Part shown: piece after piece, positions 39,894-49,522 of the stretch
How the letters are laid out: each line of letters opens with the position of its first letter
Position numbering within the stretch: position 1 is the stretch's first letter
Assembly: GCA_965204575.1 (NCBI GenBank)
Contig: OZ241993.1
Span: 96,001-160,000 of the forward strand
Direction of reading: 5' to 3'
Source of the DNA: an uncultured candidatus Porisulfidus sp.
GTDB lineage: Bacteria > Pseudomonadota > Gammaproteobacteria > Poriferisulfidales > Poriferisulfidaceae
DNA length: 64,000 nucleotides
Program-made: the position numbers and the translations under genes
The notes under the pieces: model-generated
Seen by the model: the letters and a program-made list of their open reading frames with translations, nothing else
What the model was told of the DNA's origin: nothing
Databases searched by the model: none

Positions 39894-40981
39894 AACGAAA
39901 GAGTGCCGCGAAGGGTCAGGCCGCCGTCATTGAGCGCCCGAAAGTCTTCCCCGTTGCCTTCCACGTAATCCAGTTCCAGAGCCAGCGTGGAATCCGCACG
40001 CCAGTGGATTCCGAGCAGCATGGAATCCGAACTCTTCGCCAGGCTTTCGGCCCGGTTGTCGAGGTTCGCGTAGCGCACCACCAACTCCCAGATCCCTTCC
40101 TCGTCGCGCGGTTCGATGTGTGCCAGCAATCCGGGCGCGTAACGGCTTTGCGTCTGTTCGCCCGTAATTCTCCAGGCCCCGCGAATGTGGAAGCCATCCA
40201 CGTTCGACTTGGCGCGGTCATGAAATGCCTGACTTTCCCTCCGGTCTCTGGATTTCAGGTATTGGGCCTGGATCGCGTAGGACTCCTGCGAATAGCCGAT
40301 GTCGAAGGCCAGATACCGGCCGGAACCCTGCGATTCCCTCTCCTCGCCTGCCAGCATGTCGAGGCCCGCATCCTCTCCCCAATTGCTGAACGACTGGAAC
40401 GACAGTCCGACGTGCAGGAAGCTCCCGTCCTCGAAGCGCGGCGCCACCATCAACTTCGCCTGCACTTCCGTAGAATCCGCCAAGGCTGCATTTTCATCGT
40501 ATCCCCGGACTTGAAATGAGCCATACCAGGGAATTTCCTCTCCGTGCACGAATCCGACCACCACGGGGATTTGGGCATCCGAGTCGTCTCCATTCGGAGA
40601 TGTGGCAAAACGGCCCAATACGCCTTGTTCAATGGTCCGGAACCAGCGCTCGCGCAATGAGCCGCCCAGCATGGCCGAGGTCGAGGCCCATGAAGAAGGA
40701 TTGGCCAAACCACCACCGCTGCTTTGACCTGGAGTTTCTGATACGCCGCTTTCCGGCAACCCGGACTGATGCAGCTGGCTCTGCATGCGCATCATCAGTT
40801 CCTTCATGCGCGACCCTTCGTCCACCAGGCTGTCGATCTCGTTCTCCGACAATGCCTGCGCCGGAGCGGCCAACAGCAAACTCAGGCTCACGCAAGTGAG
40901 CTGAAAGGCAAAGCGCGGGGAAAGGCAAGCGGGCCAGCGGCTTTCCTTGGCCAAGCAACCCGGCGAGACTGGGGAATGCAA
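39890..40981 (-). CDS. divergent OprO/OprP-like porin
   Basis: signal peptide; FLHVGLS, QAQY, GFHIRGAWRITGE, G.WELVVRY, LGIHW, terminal F. Confidence 0.65.
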   Translation of the reverse strand: MHSPVSPGCLAKESRWPACLSPRFAFQLTCVSLSLLLAAPAQALSENEIDSLVDEGSRMKELMMRMQSQLHQSGLPESGVSETPGQSSGGGLANPSSWASTSAMLGGSLRERWFRTIEQGVLGRFATSPNGDDSDAQIPVVVGFVHGEEIPWYGSFQVRGYDENAALADSTEVQAKLMVAPRFEDGSFLHVGLSFQSFSNWGEDAGLDMLAGEERESQGSGRYLAFDIGYSQESYAIQAQYLKSRDRRESQAFHDRAKSNVDGFHIRGAWRITGEQTQSRYAPGLLAHIEPRDEEGIWELVVRYANLDNRAESLAKSSDSMLLGIHWRADSTLALELDYVEGNGEDFRALNDGGLTLRGTLSF

Positions 40982-41114
40982 TTTGTCCAGAACCCACCTC
41001 CTGATCTGGAGTCCGTCCGAAAACGGATGCTTCTCGCGATGGATTCGAGTTTATCACACAAAACTGATTTGGCGACAGGATCTGGATCGTTTTGACAACA
41101 GAAGACAAGCCCAT

Positions 41115-41151
41115 AAAAAATCCGCCGCCCGGTTTCCCAGGCGGCGGATTT
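41115..41151 (-). terminator. Rho-independent terminator of the large porin gene
   Basis: aaaaaatccgccgcc...ggcggcggattt. Confidence 0.8.
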
Positions 41152-41197
41152 CAAGGAGTCCCGTCAGGATTCTAGGAACCCTAACATCGGAGACTGA

Positions 41198-43063
41198 TCA
41201 GAACACGTACTGGCCTCGCAGCGAGAATGCCTGACCATCGTCTTCTTTGCACGCCCCACCGTCACTGAAGCTGTACGTGCCATCCTGCACTGTCGTCTCC
41301 CCGTCCGTGTATTCCTTGGGCGCTCCAGAGCAACCATCGATTTCCGAATCCACGTAGTTCAGCATGAACTTGACGTTCTTGTTGACGTACCAGTTCACAC
41401 CTAGAACCATGCGTTCCAGATCGGCACTCAGGCTTCTGCCGGGAATTTCCACTTCCGCGTCTTCGTAACGCGCAACCACTTCCCAGGCACCGCCTTCGTT
41501 TTTCGGCTTGATCGCGGCAAATGCGCCAGAGCCGGCCTTGTAACCGCGGGTCTCGCCCGTGAGGGTGTATGCAGCCTGCACGTAGAAGCCGTCCATCTCA
41601 ATATCGCAAGTATCCGAGAATTCATCTTCAAATGCTTCTTTCACTGCATCTTTTGCTGCAATCACCCGCGTGATTTCTCGCTCCCGGACAATGAAGTCTC
41701 CTTCAACAGTCGAATCCACAGTCGAACCAGCATCTACGGTTCCATCATTGTCAGTATCAGTAACAGCGCCAAATGACTGCCCGGCCTCATAACCGGCCAG
41801 ATCTTCCTGCGATACCCCTAAGTCAACTTCCACTTCCATGACAGACTGATCTGTGGCTGTTTCGTCTTCATCCGTAGCGGGATCGTCTGTCTCGATATTC
41901 GGATTACCCGTAGCGACCTCCATCACCAAGTATTTCTCCATTCCGAGGGGATCGCCATCCTCGCCCACCGTCACTGTCTGTTCTGGAACTGCAGCCTTAC
42001 TAGGCGTATACTCACCAGTTGCACTACAAGCAGCGTTGTCGGTCCCGTCAGACTCCACGTTCATGAATTCGCCCTGAAGCGAGAACGGACCATTGACGTA
42101 TGCAAGCTCAACACCAAACTGGTCGACGTCGTCGGACGCATGACTGTCGGAATTGAACGGACGTCCCGTAGTATGTACGCCCATGCGGGTGCGCATGCGA
42201 TGGTTGTTACCCTTGTAGTCTACGGTGTAGAACGAAGCACCTGCGTGTATGAAAGAGTTGTCGCCTAACTTCGGCATGATGGAGAAGCGGGCACCGATGC
42301 CATAGACATCACCGCCGTCATCTTCCTCAACCTCGTCATCGTAGACGCCAATCGCACCACTCATCGGCATGTCGCCCTTGGTCGCAAAACCGACCGAGAT
42401 ACCGCCGAAATCAGGTTTGCCGATAACAGCACCCGACAGTTCATTGACGATTGACCGCTCAATCGTTGAGATCCACTTGGAACTGGTGCGCTCTTCGAGC
42501 ATGCCCGGACGCTTGTATTTACCCAGCATCGCGTACATCGGCTTGCTGGAGTATTTCAGATAGCCGGTATCAACGTTCGCCTCGGAATCCTCGTGGTCGA
42601 TGTTGGTCGTGAACTTGTAGGACCAGTGCTTGCCGGACTTACCGCTCAAGGTGATGCGCGACCGACGAATCTCGTTTTCTTCCGCGTCTTCGCCATCCCA
42701 GAATTCATCATAGGAATCAAAGTCATACATCAGCCGGCCACCAATCTTGAACTGGTTGCCTTTGCTGGACTTGACCTTGATACCCCCACCGGTCGTGGAA
42801 ATAGTAATGTCTTCCTTCTTGGACTTGACCATGCCGCCTTTTTTCTGGTCGGCGCCTTCAGCCGCCTTTCTGGCCTGCTGCTCCATGGCATTGATCTTCA
42901 TCATGACTTCCTGCAACTGCTCCTGCATCTGCATCAGCATCTGCTTCATCTCGGCATTCTCCTGTTTGAGGTGGTTGATTTCCCCATCCGATGCCAAAAC
43001 AGATGCCGGCAATGCAATGGCCAGCGTTAGCGCAGCAGGAACTGCGAATTTTGATTTCCACAT
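41198..43063 (-). CDS. phosphate-selective porin OprO/OprP family with large insertion
   Basis: GGRLMYD, EIRRSR, LEERTSSK...IERS, GPFSLQGEF, GFYVQAAYTLTGE.RGY, GAWEVVARY, LGVNWY, QYVF. Confidence 0.9.
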   Translation of the reverse strand: MWKSKFAVPAALTLAIALPASVLASDGEINHLKQENAEMKQMLMQMQEQLQEVMMKINAMEQQARKAAEGADQKKGGMVKSKKEDITISTTGGGIKVKSSKGNQFKIGGRLMYDFDSYDEFWDGEDAEENEIRRSRITLSGKSGKHWSYKFTTNIDHEDSEANVDTGYLKYSSKPMYAMLGKYKRPGMLEERTSSKWISTIERSIVNELSGAVIGKPDFGGISVGFATKGDMPMSGAIGVYDDEVEEDDGGDVYGIGARFSIMPKLGDNSFIHAGASFYTVDYKGNNHRMRTRMGVHTTGRPFNSDSHASDDVDQFGVELAYVNGPFSLQGEFMNVESDGTDNAACSATGEYTPSKAAVPEQTVTVGEDGDPLGMEKYLVMEVATGNPNIETDDPATDEDETATDQSVMEVEVDLGVSQEDLAGYEAGQSFGAVTDTDNDGTVDAGSTVDSTVEGDFIVREREITRVIAAKDAVKEAFEDEFSDTCDIEMDGFYVQAAYTLTGETRGYKAGSGAFAAIKPKNEGGAWEVVARYEDAEVEIPGRSLSADLERMVLGVNWYVNKNVKFMLNYVDSEIDGCSGAPKEYTDGETTVQDGTYSFSDGGACKEDDGQAFSLRGQYVF

Positions 43064-43285
43064 AACGTGGGAGCCTCCTGAGTGTTAAGGTTTGGGCAAA
43101 CCTCGCAATTACGTTGATGCGTACTCTAGGCAAAAAATATGACAAAAATATTGGCGAAAAACCCACAGTTTGTTGTTTTTCCTTGCCAAACCGCCCCTGC
43201 CTTCGCTCATGTCCGTGGTGCCCGCCACTGCAGAAATTCAGCGCAAGGATTAACGTGTAACCTGACAAATCAACTACTTATACAT

Positions 43286-43975
43286 TTACTCCGGCTCGCT
43301 GTTTTCCTGGTCCGTCGCCGATGTCCGGCTCCCCCAGCCATGCTCGACCGCAAGCACCGCCGCCGCGACCCGGGAAGTCACCCCCAGTTTTCGCAGAATC
43401 GCCTTGACATGGACCTTGACCGTGCCCTCGGAAATGCCCAGGTTGTCTCCAATTCCACGATTGCTCAGGCCTTCGGCAAGCAAGGCCAGAATCTCTTTCT
43501 CCCGAGGAGTCAAGACATCAAACGGACTCTCATCGCTTTCCGGGGGTTCCGGCTCCCGGCCCTGGACCACGCGGGCCAGCGCCGGTGTCAGGCTCGGCGC
43601 CACCACGGTCTCGCCCGCCTCGATGGAGCGCAATGCCACCACCAAGGCGTCCGGCTCCATGTCTTTCAGCAAATACCCGCTGGCTCCGGAACGTAGCGCT
43701 TCGACCAGATCCTTCTCCTCGTCACTCGTGGTCAGCATCACCACCGGCGGGCATTCCTCGCTTTCACGCAACTTCCGGAGGATTTCGAGCCCGTCGGTCT
43801 GCGGCAAGCGCAAGTCCAGCAACACGATGTCCGGACGGCGCCTGGCGATCGCCGCATAACCGGACTCGGCATCCCCCACCGAATCCAACACTTTCAACCC
43901 GTGACGCTCCAGCAAGCCCTGCAGGCCTTCCCGAAACAGGGTATGGTCATCGATGACGGTAACAGTTAACGTCAT
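43286..43975 (-). CDS. NarL/FixJ-family response regulator
   Basis: DDHTLFREG, LLD, GYLLK, LTPREKEIL...GTVKVHVK. Confidence 0.95.
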   Translation of the reverse strand: MTLTVTVIDDHTLFREGLQGLLERHGLKVLDSVGDAESGYAAIARRRPDIVLLDLRLPQTDGLEILRKLRESEECPPVVMLTTSDEEKDLVEALRSGASGYLLKDMEPDALVVALRSIEAGETVVAPSLTPALARVVQGREPEPPESDESPFDVLTPREKEILALLAEGLSNRGIGDNLGISEGTVKVHVKAILRKLGVTSRVAAAVLAVEHGWGSRTSATDQENSEPE

Positions 43976-44892
43976 GCCGCCTTGGCCCTCTCCGGCATCG
44001 CCTTGAACTCAAGCAATATTCGCACACCCTCCTCCGGCTCGCTCTCCACCCGCAGCCTTCCTCCCAGGCGCATCGCCCGGTCCTGCAACAGGCTCAACCC
44101 GATATGGGTTCCCTGCCCTTCCCGCGGCGGGTCCGCGAACCCCACCCCGTCGTCTTCCACCAACACCCGGCAGTTCCCGCCCTCCGCATCGCCTGAAATC
44201 AGGACGCGCACCGTGCTGGCCTGCGCATGCTTGCGCGCATTGGCCAGGGCTTCCTGCACAATGCGCACGATTTGCAACTCGTGCTCGGCCGGCAGTTTCA
44301 AATCCTCCCACCGAGTCTGCAGCAGCACGCGAACGTCTGGACAATCCCGCCGAAAGCGCTCCACCGTCCTCTCAATGGCCGGCAACAGCCCCGCTTCGCT
44401 GATCGGCACACGGAAATGCGCGATCAGTTCTCGCAACTCGATGTTGGCTTCCTCCAGGCTCTCCTCGATCCTTTCGAGTTCCTCCCAGGTTCGTTCTTCG
44501 TCTCCTTGATGCAAGGTTTCGTCCAGCACTCGCACTTGCATCTTGATTCCGGCCAGAGTCTGCGCCAAGGAATCATGCAACTCCCCGGACAACCGGGTGC
44601 GTTCCTTCATGGCGGTATAGTTGCTGAATTCCTGCAACTGCTCTTCCGTGTCCCGCGACAGGGTCTGAACCATTTCGGCAAGCACGTTCAGGTCGGTCGC
44701 AAGTTCTGCGAAATCGCCTTTCGGCGGCACCGGTACTCTCGCCGACAGTTCACCCCCGCGCATGCGGAATACCCATTGCCGGATGGCTTCGTAAGGAGCC
44801 ATCCTTTGCCGGTACACCCAAATCAAGAATGCGGCGGCGGCTCCCAGAAGCAGACCGAATACGATAAATCCTGGCGTACCCAATCCAAGCAT
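43972..44892 (-). CDS. NarX/LiaS-type (HisKA_3) sensor kinase with one TM + HAMP
   Basis: ERTRLSGELHDSLAQ, QEALANARKHA, DDGVGF, HIGL. Confidence 0.9.
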   Translation of the reverse strand: MLGLGTPGFIVFGLLLGAAAAFLIWVYRQRMAPYEAIRQWVFRMRGGELSARVPVPPKGDFAELATDLNVLAEMVQTLSRDTEEQLQEFSNYTAMKERTRLSGELHDSLAQTLAGIKMQVRVLDETLHQGDEERTWEELERIEESLEEANIELRELIAHFRVPISEAGLLPAIERTVERFRRDCPDVRVLLQTRWEDLKLPAEHELQIVRIVQEALANARKHAQASTVRVLISGDAEGGNCRVLVEDDGVGFADPPREGQGTHIGLSLLQDRAMRLGGRLRVESEPEEGVRILLEFKAMPERAKAA

Positions 44893-45227
44893 TACTCTTT
44901 CGGCGGCACGTAAGCGGGATCATTCGGGTTGAGAAAGATGAACTGCTTCTGGCCCGGCTCAAGTTCCACGAAATCCACGGTCAGCCCCCGCGTCAAGGCC
45001 AGACTGTCGGCTCCAACCACCACCGGGATCTTGCGCAGGCTGAACCTTTGATCACCCTCGTGGCTCTCCACGTCAAACCCCATCGCATACTGGAAACTGC
45101 CGTCTTCAAGCTTGCGCACGGCCAAACGCAAGGCCACGCCTTCCTCGTTTTCCGGCAATTGCTCACGGATTTGGTCTGCCGCCGGTTCCGTCAAGGTCAA
45201 AAAGTCGGGCACATCGCTCTCCAGCAC
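44892..45227 (-). CDS. dsrR: Cys-free HesB/IscA-like protein, DsrR-like
   Basis: LRLA...DGSFQYAMGFD...DFVELEPG...FIFLNPNDPAY.PP resembles my recollection of Allochromatium DsrR; no cysteines. Confidence 0.7.
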   Translation of the reverse strand: MLESDVPDFLTLTEPAADQIREQLPENEEGVALRLAVRKLEDGSFQYAMGFDVESHEGDQRFSLRKIPVVVGADSLALTRGLTVDFVELEPGQKQFIFLNPNDPAYVPPKE

Positions 45228-45341
45228 CTATATAGAGCCTTCATGATACAAGGGAATCGCTTTCCTAATCCAACCGCATCGCATCACTACTTGTTTCCAG
45301 CACCCGGGCAACTGGCAATTCGGGAAGTTGACTCTACAAAC

Positions 45342-45369
45342 TTGACGCACGGCAGGATTCGTCCATAAT
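45342..45369 (+). promoter_or_regulatory. sigma70-like promoter of mtoX (TTGACG-N16-CATAAT)
   Basis: near-consensus hexamers ~80 nt upstream of the start. Confidence 0.6.
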
Positions 45370-45447
45370 TGGAGTCGGCGATTGAGGCGGCCGCTGTCTA
45401 GGTGTGGCGGCGTGGTCCTGATGGCCAGCGAATATAACTAAAAATCC

Positions 45448-46803
45448 ATGAGGAAACTTATGAGAAAAACTACTTTTTGCACGGGGCTGGCAATGGCAGC
45501 TGCGATGGCGTGGACCGTTCCGGCACTTGCGGATGAAACCTGCATGTCGCCGTACATTGCCAAGATTCAAGGCCAGGAAGATTACGTCTATGTCTGGACC
45601 TTGGGCGTGGAAGGCATGGGGGACGAGCAGGACAAGCTGGTCACCATCGACACCAACCCCGAATCCAAAACCTATGGCCAAGTGGTCAGCGTACTGTCCG
45701 TCGGTGGGCGCAACGAAGCGCACCATTCCGGACTGTCTGACGATCGCCATTACCTGTGGGCCGGCGGACTGGACTCCAGCAAGGTCTTCGTGTTCGACAT
45801 CCACAGCAACCCGCGGCAGCCTAAACTGCACAAGGTCATCACCGACTTCGTCGAGAAGTCCGGCGGACTGGTTGGCCCGCACACCTTCTATGCCCTACCC
45901 GGGCGGATGATGATTACGGCGCTGTCCAACAACGCCGATCACGGCGGACGCACCGGCGTGGCTGAATACAACAACGATGGCGAATTCGTGGCGTCCCACT
46001 GGATGCCGACGGACGAAGACCTTCGCGGCGCGGTCAAGACCGGCCAGCACGCCGACGGCTACGGCTACGACCTTCGGGTCAAGGCTGAAAGCAACGTGAT
46101 GCTGACCTCGTCCTTCACCGGCTGGTCCAACTACATGATGGACTTCGGCCAGATGCTGCAGGACAGTGCTGCCATGCAGCGCTTCGGCAACACCATGGTG
46201 GTGTGGGACATGCATGCCCGCAAGCCGCTCAAGGTGCTGGACGTGCCGGGGGCTCCACTGGAGATCCGCTGCGCCTGGGACCCGGATCACCGCTACTGCT
46301 TCACCACGACGGCGCTGACCTCCCAGGTCTGGCTCCTGTACGAGGATGAAGCCGGCGAATGGCACGGCAAGGCCGTCGCCGATGTCGGGGTTCCTTCCGA
46401 AATCCCCCTGCCGGTGGACATTTCCATCACGGCCGACGACACGGGATTGTGGATCAACACCTTCATGGACGGCAAGACCCGCTACTTCGACATTTCCGAC
46501 CCGAATGCGCCCAAGCAGGTCTTCGAGGAAGTGATCGGAAGCCAGGTCAACATGGTCTCCCAGAGCTGGGACGGCGACCGCGTTTACTTCTCCAGTTCCC
46601 TGCTGAACAACTGGGACAAGACGGGTGAAGCAGACGAGCAGTACGTCAAGCTCTACCACTGGGATGGCGAAGCACTCGCACACCAGTGGACGGTTGATTT
46701 CTATGCCGAGCAGTTGGGCCGTTCGCACCAGATGCGTTTCGGCGCCTATGCCCTGTACGGCAAGCGCCCAGATGCTGACACCCGGACCGCGATGGCCGAA
46801 TAA
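45448..46803 (+). CDS. mtoX: methanethiol oxidase (SBP56 family)
   Basis: signal peptide then DETCMSPY, EAHHSG, GPHT, SFTGW and LLNNWDK (TTQ Trp positions), followed by SCO and mauG. Confidence 0.92.
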   Translation: MRKLMRKTTFCTGLAMAAAMAWTVPALADETCMSPYIAKIQGQEDYVYVWTLGVEGMGDEQDKLVTIDTNPESKTYGQVVSVLSVGGRNEAHHSGLSDDRHYLWAGGLDSSKVFVFDIHSNPRQPKLHKVITDFVEKSGGLVGPHTFYALPGRMMITALSNNADHGGRTGVAEYNNDGEFVASHWMPTDEDLRGAVKTGQHADGYGYDLRVKAESNVMLTSSFTGWSNYMMDFGQMLQDSAAMQRFGNTMVVWDMHARKPLKVLDVPGAPLEIRCAWDPDHRYCFTTTALTSQVWLLYEDEAGEWHGKAVADVGVPSEIPLPVDISITADDTGLWINTFMDGKTRYFDISDPNAPKQVFEEVIGSQVNMVSQSWDGDRVYFSSSLLNNWDKTGEADEQYVKLYHWDGEALAHQWTVDFYAEQLGRSHQMRFGAYALYGKRPDADTRTAMAE

Positions 46804-46836
46804 CCTGTCACGGCCTTCGGGCCAAGCGCAAGTGGA

Positions 46837-46867
46837 AAGCCGCCCTGCCTGTCAGGGCGGTTTTTTT
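46837..46867 (+). terminator. Rho-independent terminator after mtoX
   Basis: aaagccgccctg-cctgt-cagggcggttttttt. Confidence 0.8.
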
Positions 46868-46919
46868 AGCAGAAAAGCCGAACTTTTGAACTTTAGAACA
46901 CTCTTATAGAATACCGATT

Positions 46920-47612
46920 ATGAATCGTTTGAACCGTATCCGTACCCTAGCCGGGTTGGCTGCCCTGAGCCTGATCTCAGGGGGATTCGAGGCTGTCGCA
47001 GAAGATGAAATTCTCGCGCCCGGATGGAAAAACCTGAGCTACGAACCGCCTGCTGTAGGCAGTTACCAACTGCCTCCCATCACCCACGCCTCCGACGGGG
47101 CCGTACTCCTCGAAGACGGCCAGGAGTCTCAGCTGTTCGACCTGATGGGTGACCGTCTCGTGCTGTTCAGCTTCATCTACACTCGATGCAACGACATCAA
47201 CGGCTGCCCTCTCGCCAACGCGGTCTTTCACAAGCTCCAGGCGAAACTGCAGGAGCGCCCGGATGTCGCCCAGGCCACACGGCTTCTATCGATATCGTTC
47301 GACCCGGAGCGCGACACCCCCGAAGTCATGCGGGAATTCGGGCAGGGGCTTGGCGGCGACGGAGTGGACTGGCAGTTCCTCACCACGCAGGACCGCGGAA
47401 CCCTGGAGCCGATCCTCGACGATTACGGCCAGTACACCATACGCGAATACGATGAAAGCGGAGAATACACCGGCGATTTCGCTCATATGCTGCGGGTGTT
47501 CCTGATCGACCGAGAGTTGCGCGTCCGCAACATCTACAGCGTCGCATTCCTGCATGCCGACATCCTGATCAACGACCTGGAGACTCTCCTCCTGGAGTCT
47601 CCCCCTAGCTGA
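46920..47612 (+). CDS. SCO1/SenC copper chaperone
   Basis: FIYTRCNDINGCP, SFDPERDTPE, H.LRVFLID. Confidence 0.88.
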   Translation: MNRLNRIRTLAGLAALSLISGGFEAVAEDEILAPGWKNLSYEPPAVGSYQLPPITHASDGAVLLEDGQESQLFDLMGDRLVLFSFIYTRCNDINGCPLANAVFHKLQAKLQERPDVAQATRLLSISFDPERDTPEVMREFGQGLGGDGVDWQFLTTQDRGTLEPILDDYGQYTIREYDESGEYTGDFAHMLRVFLIDRELRVRNIYSVAFLHADILINDLETLLLESPPS

Positions 47613-47620
47613 TTCCCGTC

Positions 47621-48985
47621 ATGTACAACCCGGCACGGATGCGTTTTCGCACCCTTGCCGTAGCCCTTGCCGTTACGAGTCTTTGCGTTGCGGCCTTTGC
47701 CGAGACCAGCGGCGAACTGGATGCCCCGGAGAAGTTCGACACCAGCCAAACGCAAGGACCCGGAGACGTCAAGGAAGGCTATGAAAGCAGGGACTACGAG
47801 ACTCGCTCGCGAAGCCTGCTGAAGCGCCGTGGCGTCAAGAAAGACCTGATTCGTTTCGCGCAAAACCCGCCGTTGGGCCTGCCGCCCGTACCCATCCCGG
47901 CTGAAAACCCGCTGACCCGCGCCAAGATCGATCTCGGCCGAAAACTGTTCTTCGACCGTCGCCTGTCGATCAACGACACCTTCGCCTGCGCGACTTGCCA
48001 CATCCCGGAACAGGGCTTCACCAACAACGAAATGCGCACCGCAGTCGGCGTGGAGGGCCGCTCGGTACTGCGCAACTCCCCCACCCTCTACAACGTTGCC
48101 TACCTGGCACGGCTGTTCTTGGACGGCCGCGAAATCAGCCTGGAAAACCAGATCTGGCAGCCGATGACCGCACACAACGAGATGGCGGCACCCTCGATCG
48201 GCTGGATCATCAACAAGATCCGCCGCATGCGCGACTACGACGGGTTGTTCGAGAAGGCCTTCGGCGGCTCAGGCCCGGACATCCTCACGGTCGGCCAGGC
48301 GCTGGCCAGCTATCAACGCACCCTGCTGGCGGCCAACTCGCCATTCGACCGATGGTATTTCGGGAATCAGACCGATGCGGTCGATGAGTCCGTCAAGCGG
48401 GGCTTCGGGGTCTTCTCCGGAAAGGGCCAGTGCATCGTGTGCCACACCATGCAGAAGGAACACGCCCTGTTCACCGACCAGAAATTCCACAACACGGGAC
48501 TGGGCTACATGATCTCGTTCAGCAAGGGCTCCAAGGACGCACCCAAGACCACCCGCGTCCAACTCGCGCCTGGCGTGTTCGTGGACGTGTCGAACGAGAA
48601 AATCGAAGCGGTCTCGCAACAGAAACTGCCAAACGATCTCGGCCTCTACCGGGTCACCGAAAACCCGAACGACCGCTGGCGGTTCCGGACCCAGAGCCTG
48701 CGCAATGTCGAGTTGACCGCGCCCTACATGCACAACGGCAAATTCGACACCCTTCGCGAAGTGATCGACTTCTACGACCAGGGCGGCATCCCAAATGAGC
48801 TGTTGTCCCCCTTTATCTCTCCCCTCAACCTCAGCGAACAGGAAAAACAGGACTTGGAAGCGTTCCTGCTTTCCTTGACCGGCAGCACCATCCCGGAAAT
48901 CGTGGCCGATGCCTTTGCCGCACCGATCGGCGACCTGAGCCTGGAAGACCCCAACTGGGCACACGAAGAAACGCTGGGATACTGA
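47621..48985 (+). CDS. mauG: MauG-like di-heme cytochrome c (TTQ maturation)
   Basis: CATCH and CIVCH, RNSPT, LRNV.LTAPYMHNG; position in the mto cluster. Confidence 0.82.
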   Translation: MYNPARMRFRTLAVALAVTSLCVAAFAETSGELDAPEKFDTSQTQGPGDVKEGYESRDYETRSRSLLKRRGVKKDLIRFAQNPPLGLPPVPIPAENPLTRAKIDLGRKLFFDRRLSINDTFACATCHIPEQGFTNNEMRTAVGVEGRSVLRNSPTLYNVAYLARLFLDGREISLENQIWQPMTAHNEMAAPSIGWIINKIRRMRDYDGLFEKAFGGSGPDILTVGQALASYQRTLLAANSPFDRWYFGNQTDAVDESVKRGFGVFSGKGQCIVCHTMQKEHALFTDQKFHNTGLGYMISFSKGSKDAPKTTRVQLAPGVFVDVSNEKIEAVSQQKLPNDLGLYRVTENPNDRWRFRTQSLRNVELTAPYMHNGKFDTLREVIDFYDQGGIPNELLSPFISPLNLSEQEKQDLEAFLLSLTGSTIPEIVADAFAAPIGDLSLEDPNWAHEETLGY

Positions 48986-48986
48986 C

Positions 48987-49490
48987 ATGAGCCGTTTCAT
49001 CGCCCTGCTGCTCGGCGGCGCGCTTGCCCTGGGCACGATCAGTTGCAGCGACGAACCCGAATTGATGGAGCAGGCATCCGGGAAGCAAGCCCCCGACTTC
49101 GTGCTTCCAGATCTGGACGGCCAATCCTGGCAACTGAGCCAGGCTCGCGGCCAGACCCTGCTAATCAACTTCTGGGCCACCTGGTGTGAACCATGCCGGC
49201 TCGAGATGCCCGCGTTGAGCCGACTCCATGAGGCCATGGCCGGCAAAGACTTCCAGGTCATCGGCATCCATGTCGGCCCCAGCAAGGAAATCGACCGTTT
49301 CCTCGAAGAAGCCCCCGTCGGTTTTCCGATCCTGATCGATGCGGAGCTGGCTCTGGCGGACTGGAACGTTCCGGTGCTGCCCGCAACCTTCCTGATTGAT
49401 GCAGAAGGATATGCCCGCTACTGGGCGTTTGGAGAACGAGAATGGGATTCGCCGGAAGCTGTGGAATTCTTCACCGCGGTTCTGGACTGA
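48987..49490 (+). CDS. TlpA-family thiol-disulfide oxidoreductase (lipoprotein)
   Basis: lipobox ISC, NFWATWCEPC. Confidence 0.9.
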   Translation: MSRFIALLLGGALALGTISCSDEPELMEQASGKQAPDFVLPDLDGQSWQLSQARGQTLLINFWATWCEPCRLEMPALSRLHEAMAGKDFQVIGIHVGPSKEIDRFLEEAPVGFPILIDAELALADWNVPVLPATFLIDAEGYARYWAFGEREWDSPEAVEFFTAVLD

Positions 49491-49522
49491 ACCGCAATAC
49501 TGCCTGCAAATCCACGCGACGG

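Noticed and set aside
43135-43160. Pho box upstream of the porin
   Set aside because: One good TGTCAT half-site, but the second is poor and spaced 12 nt rather than 11.
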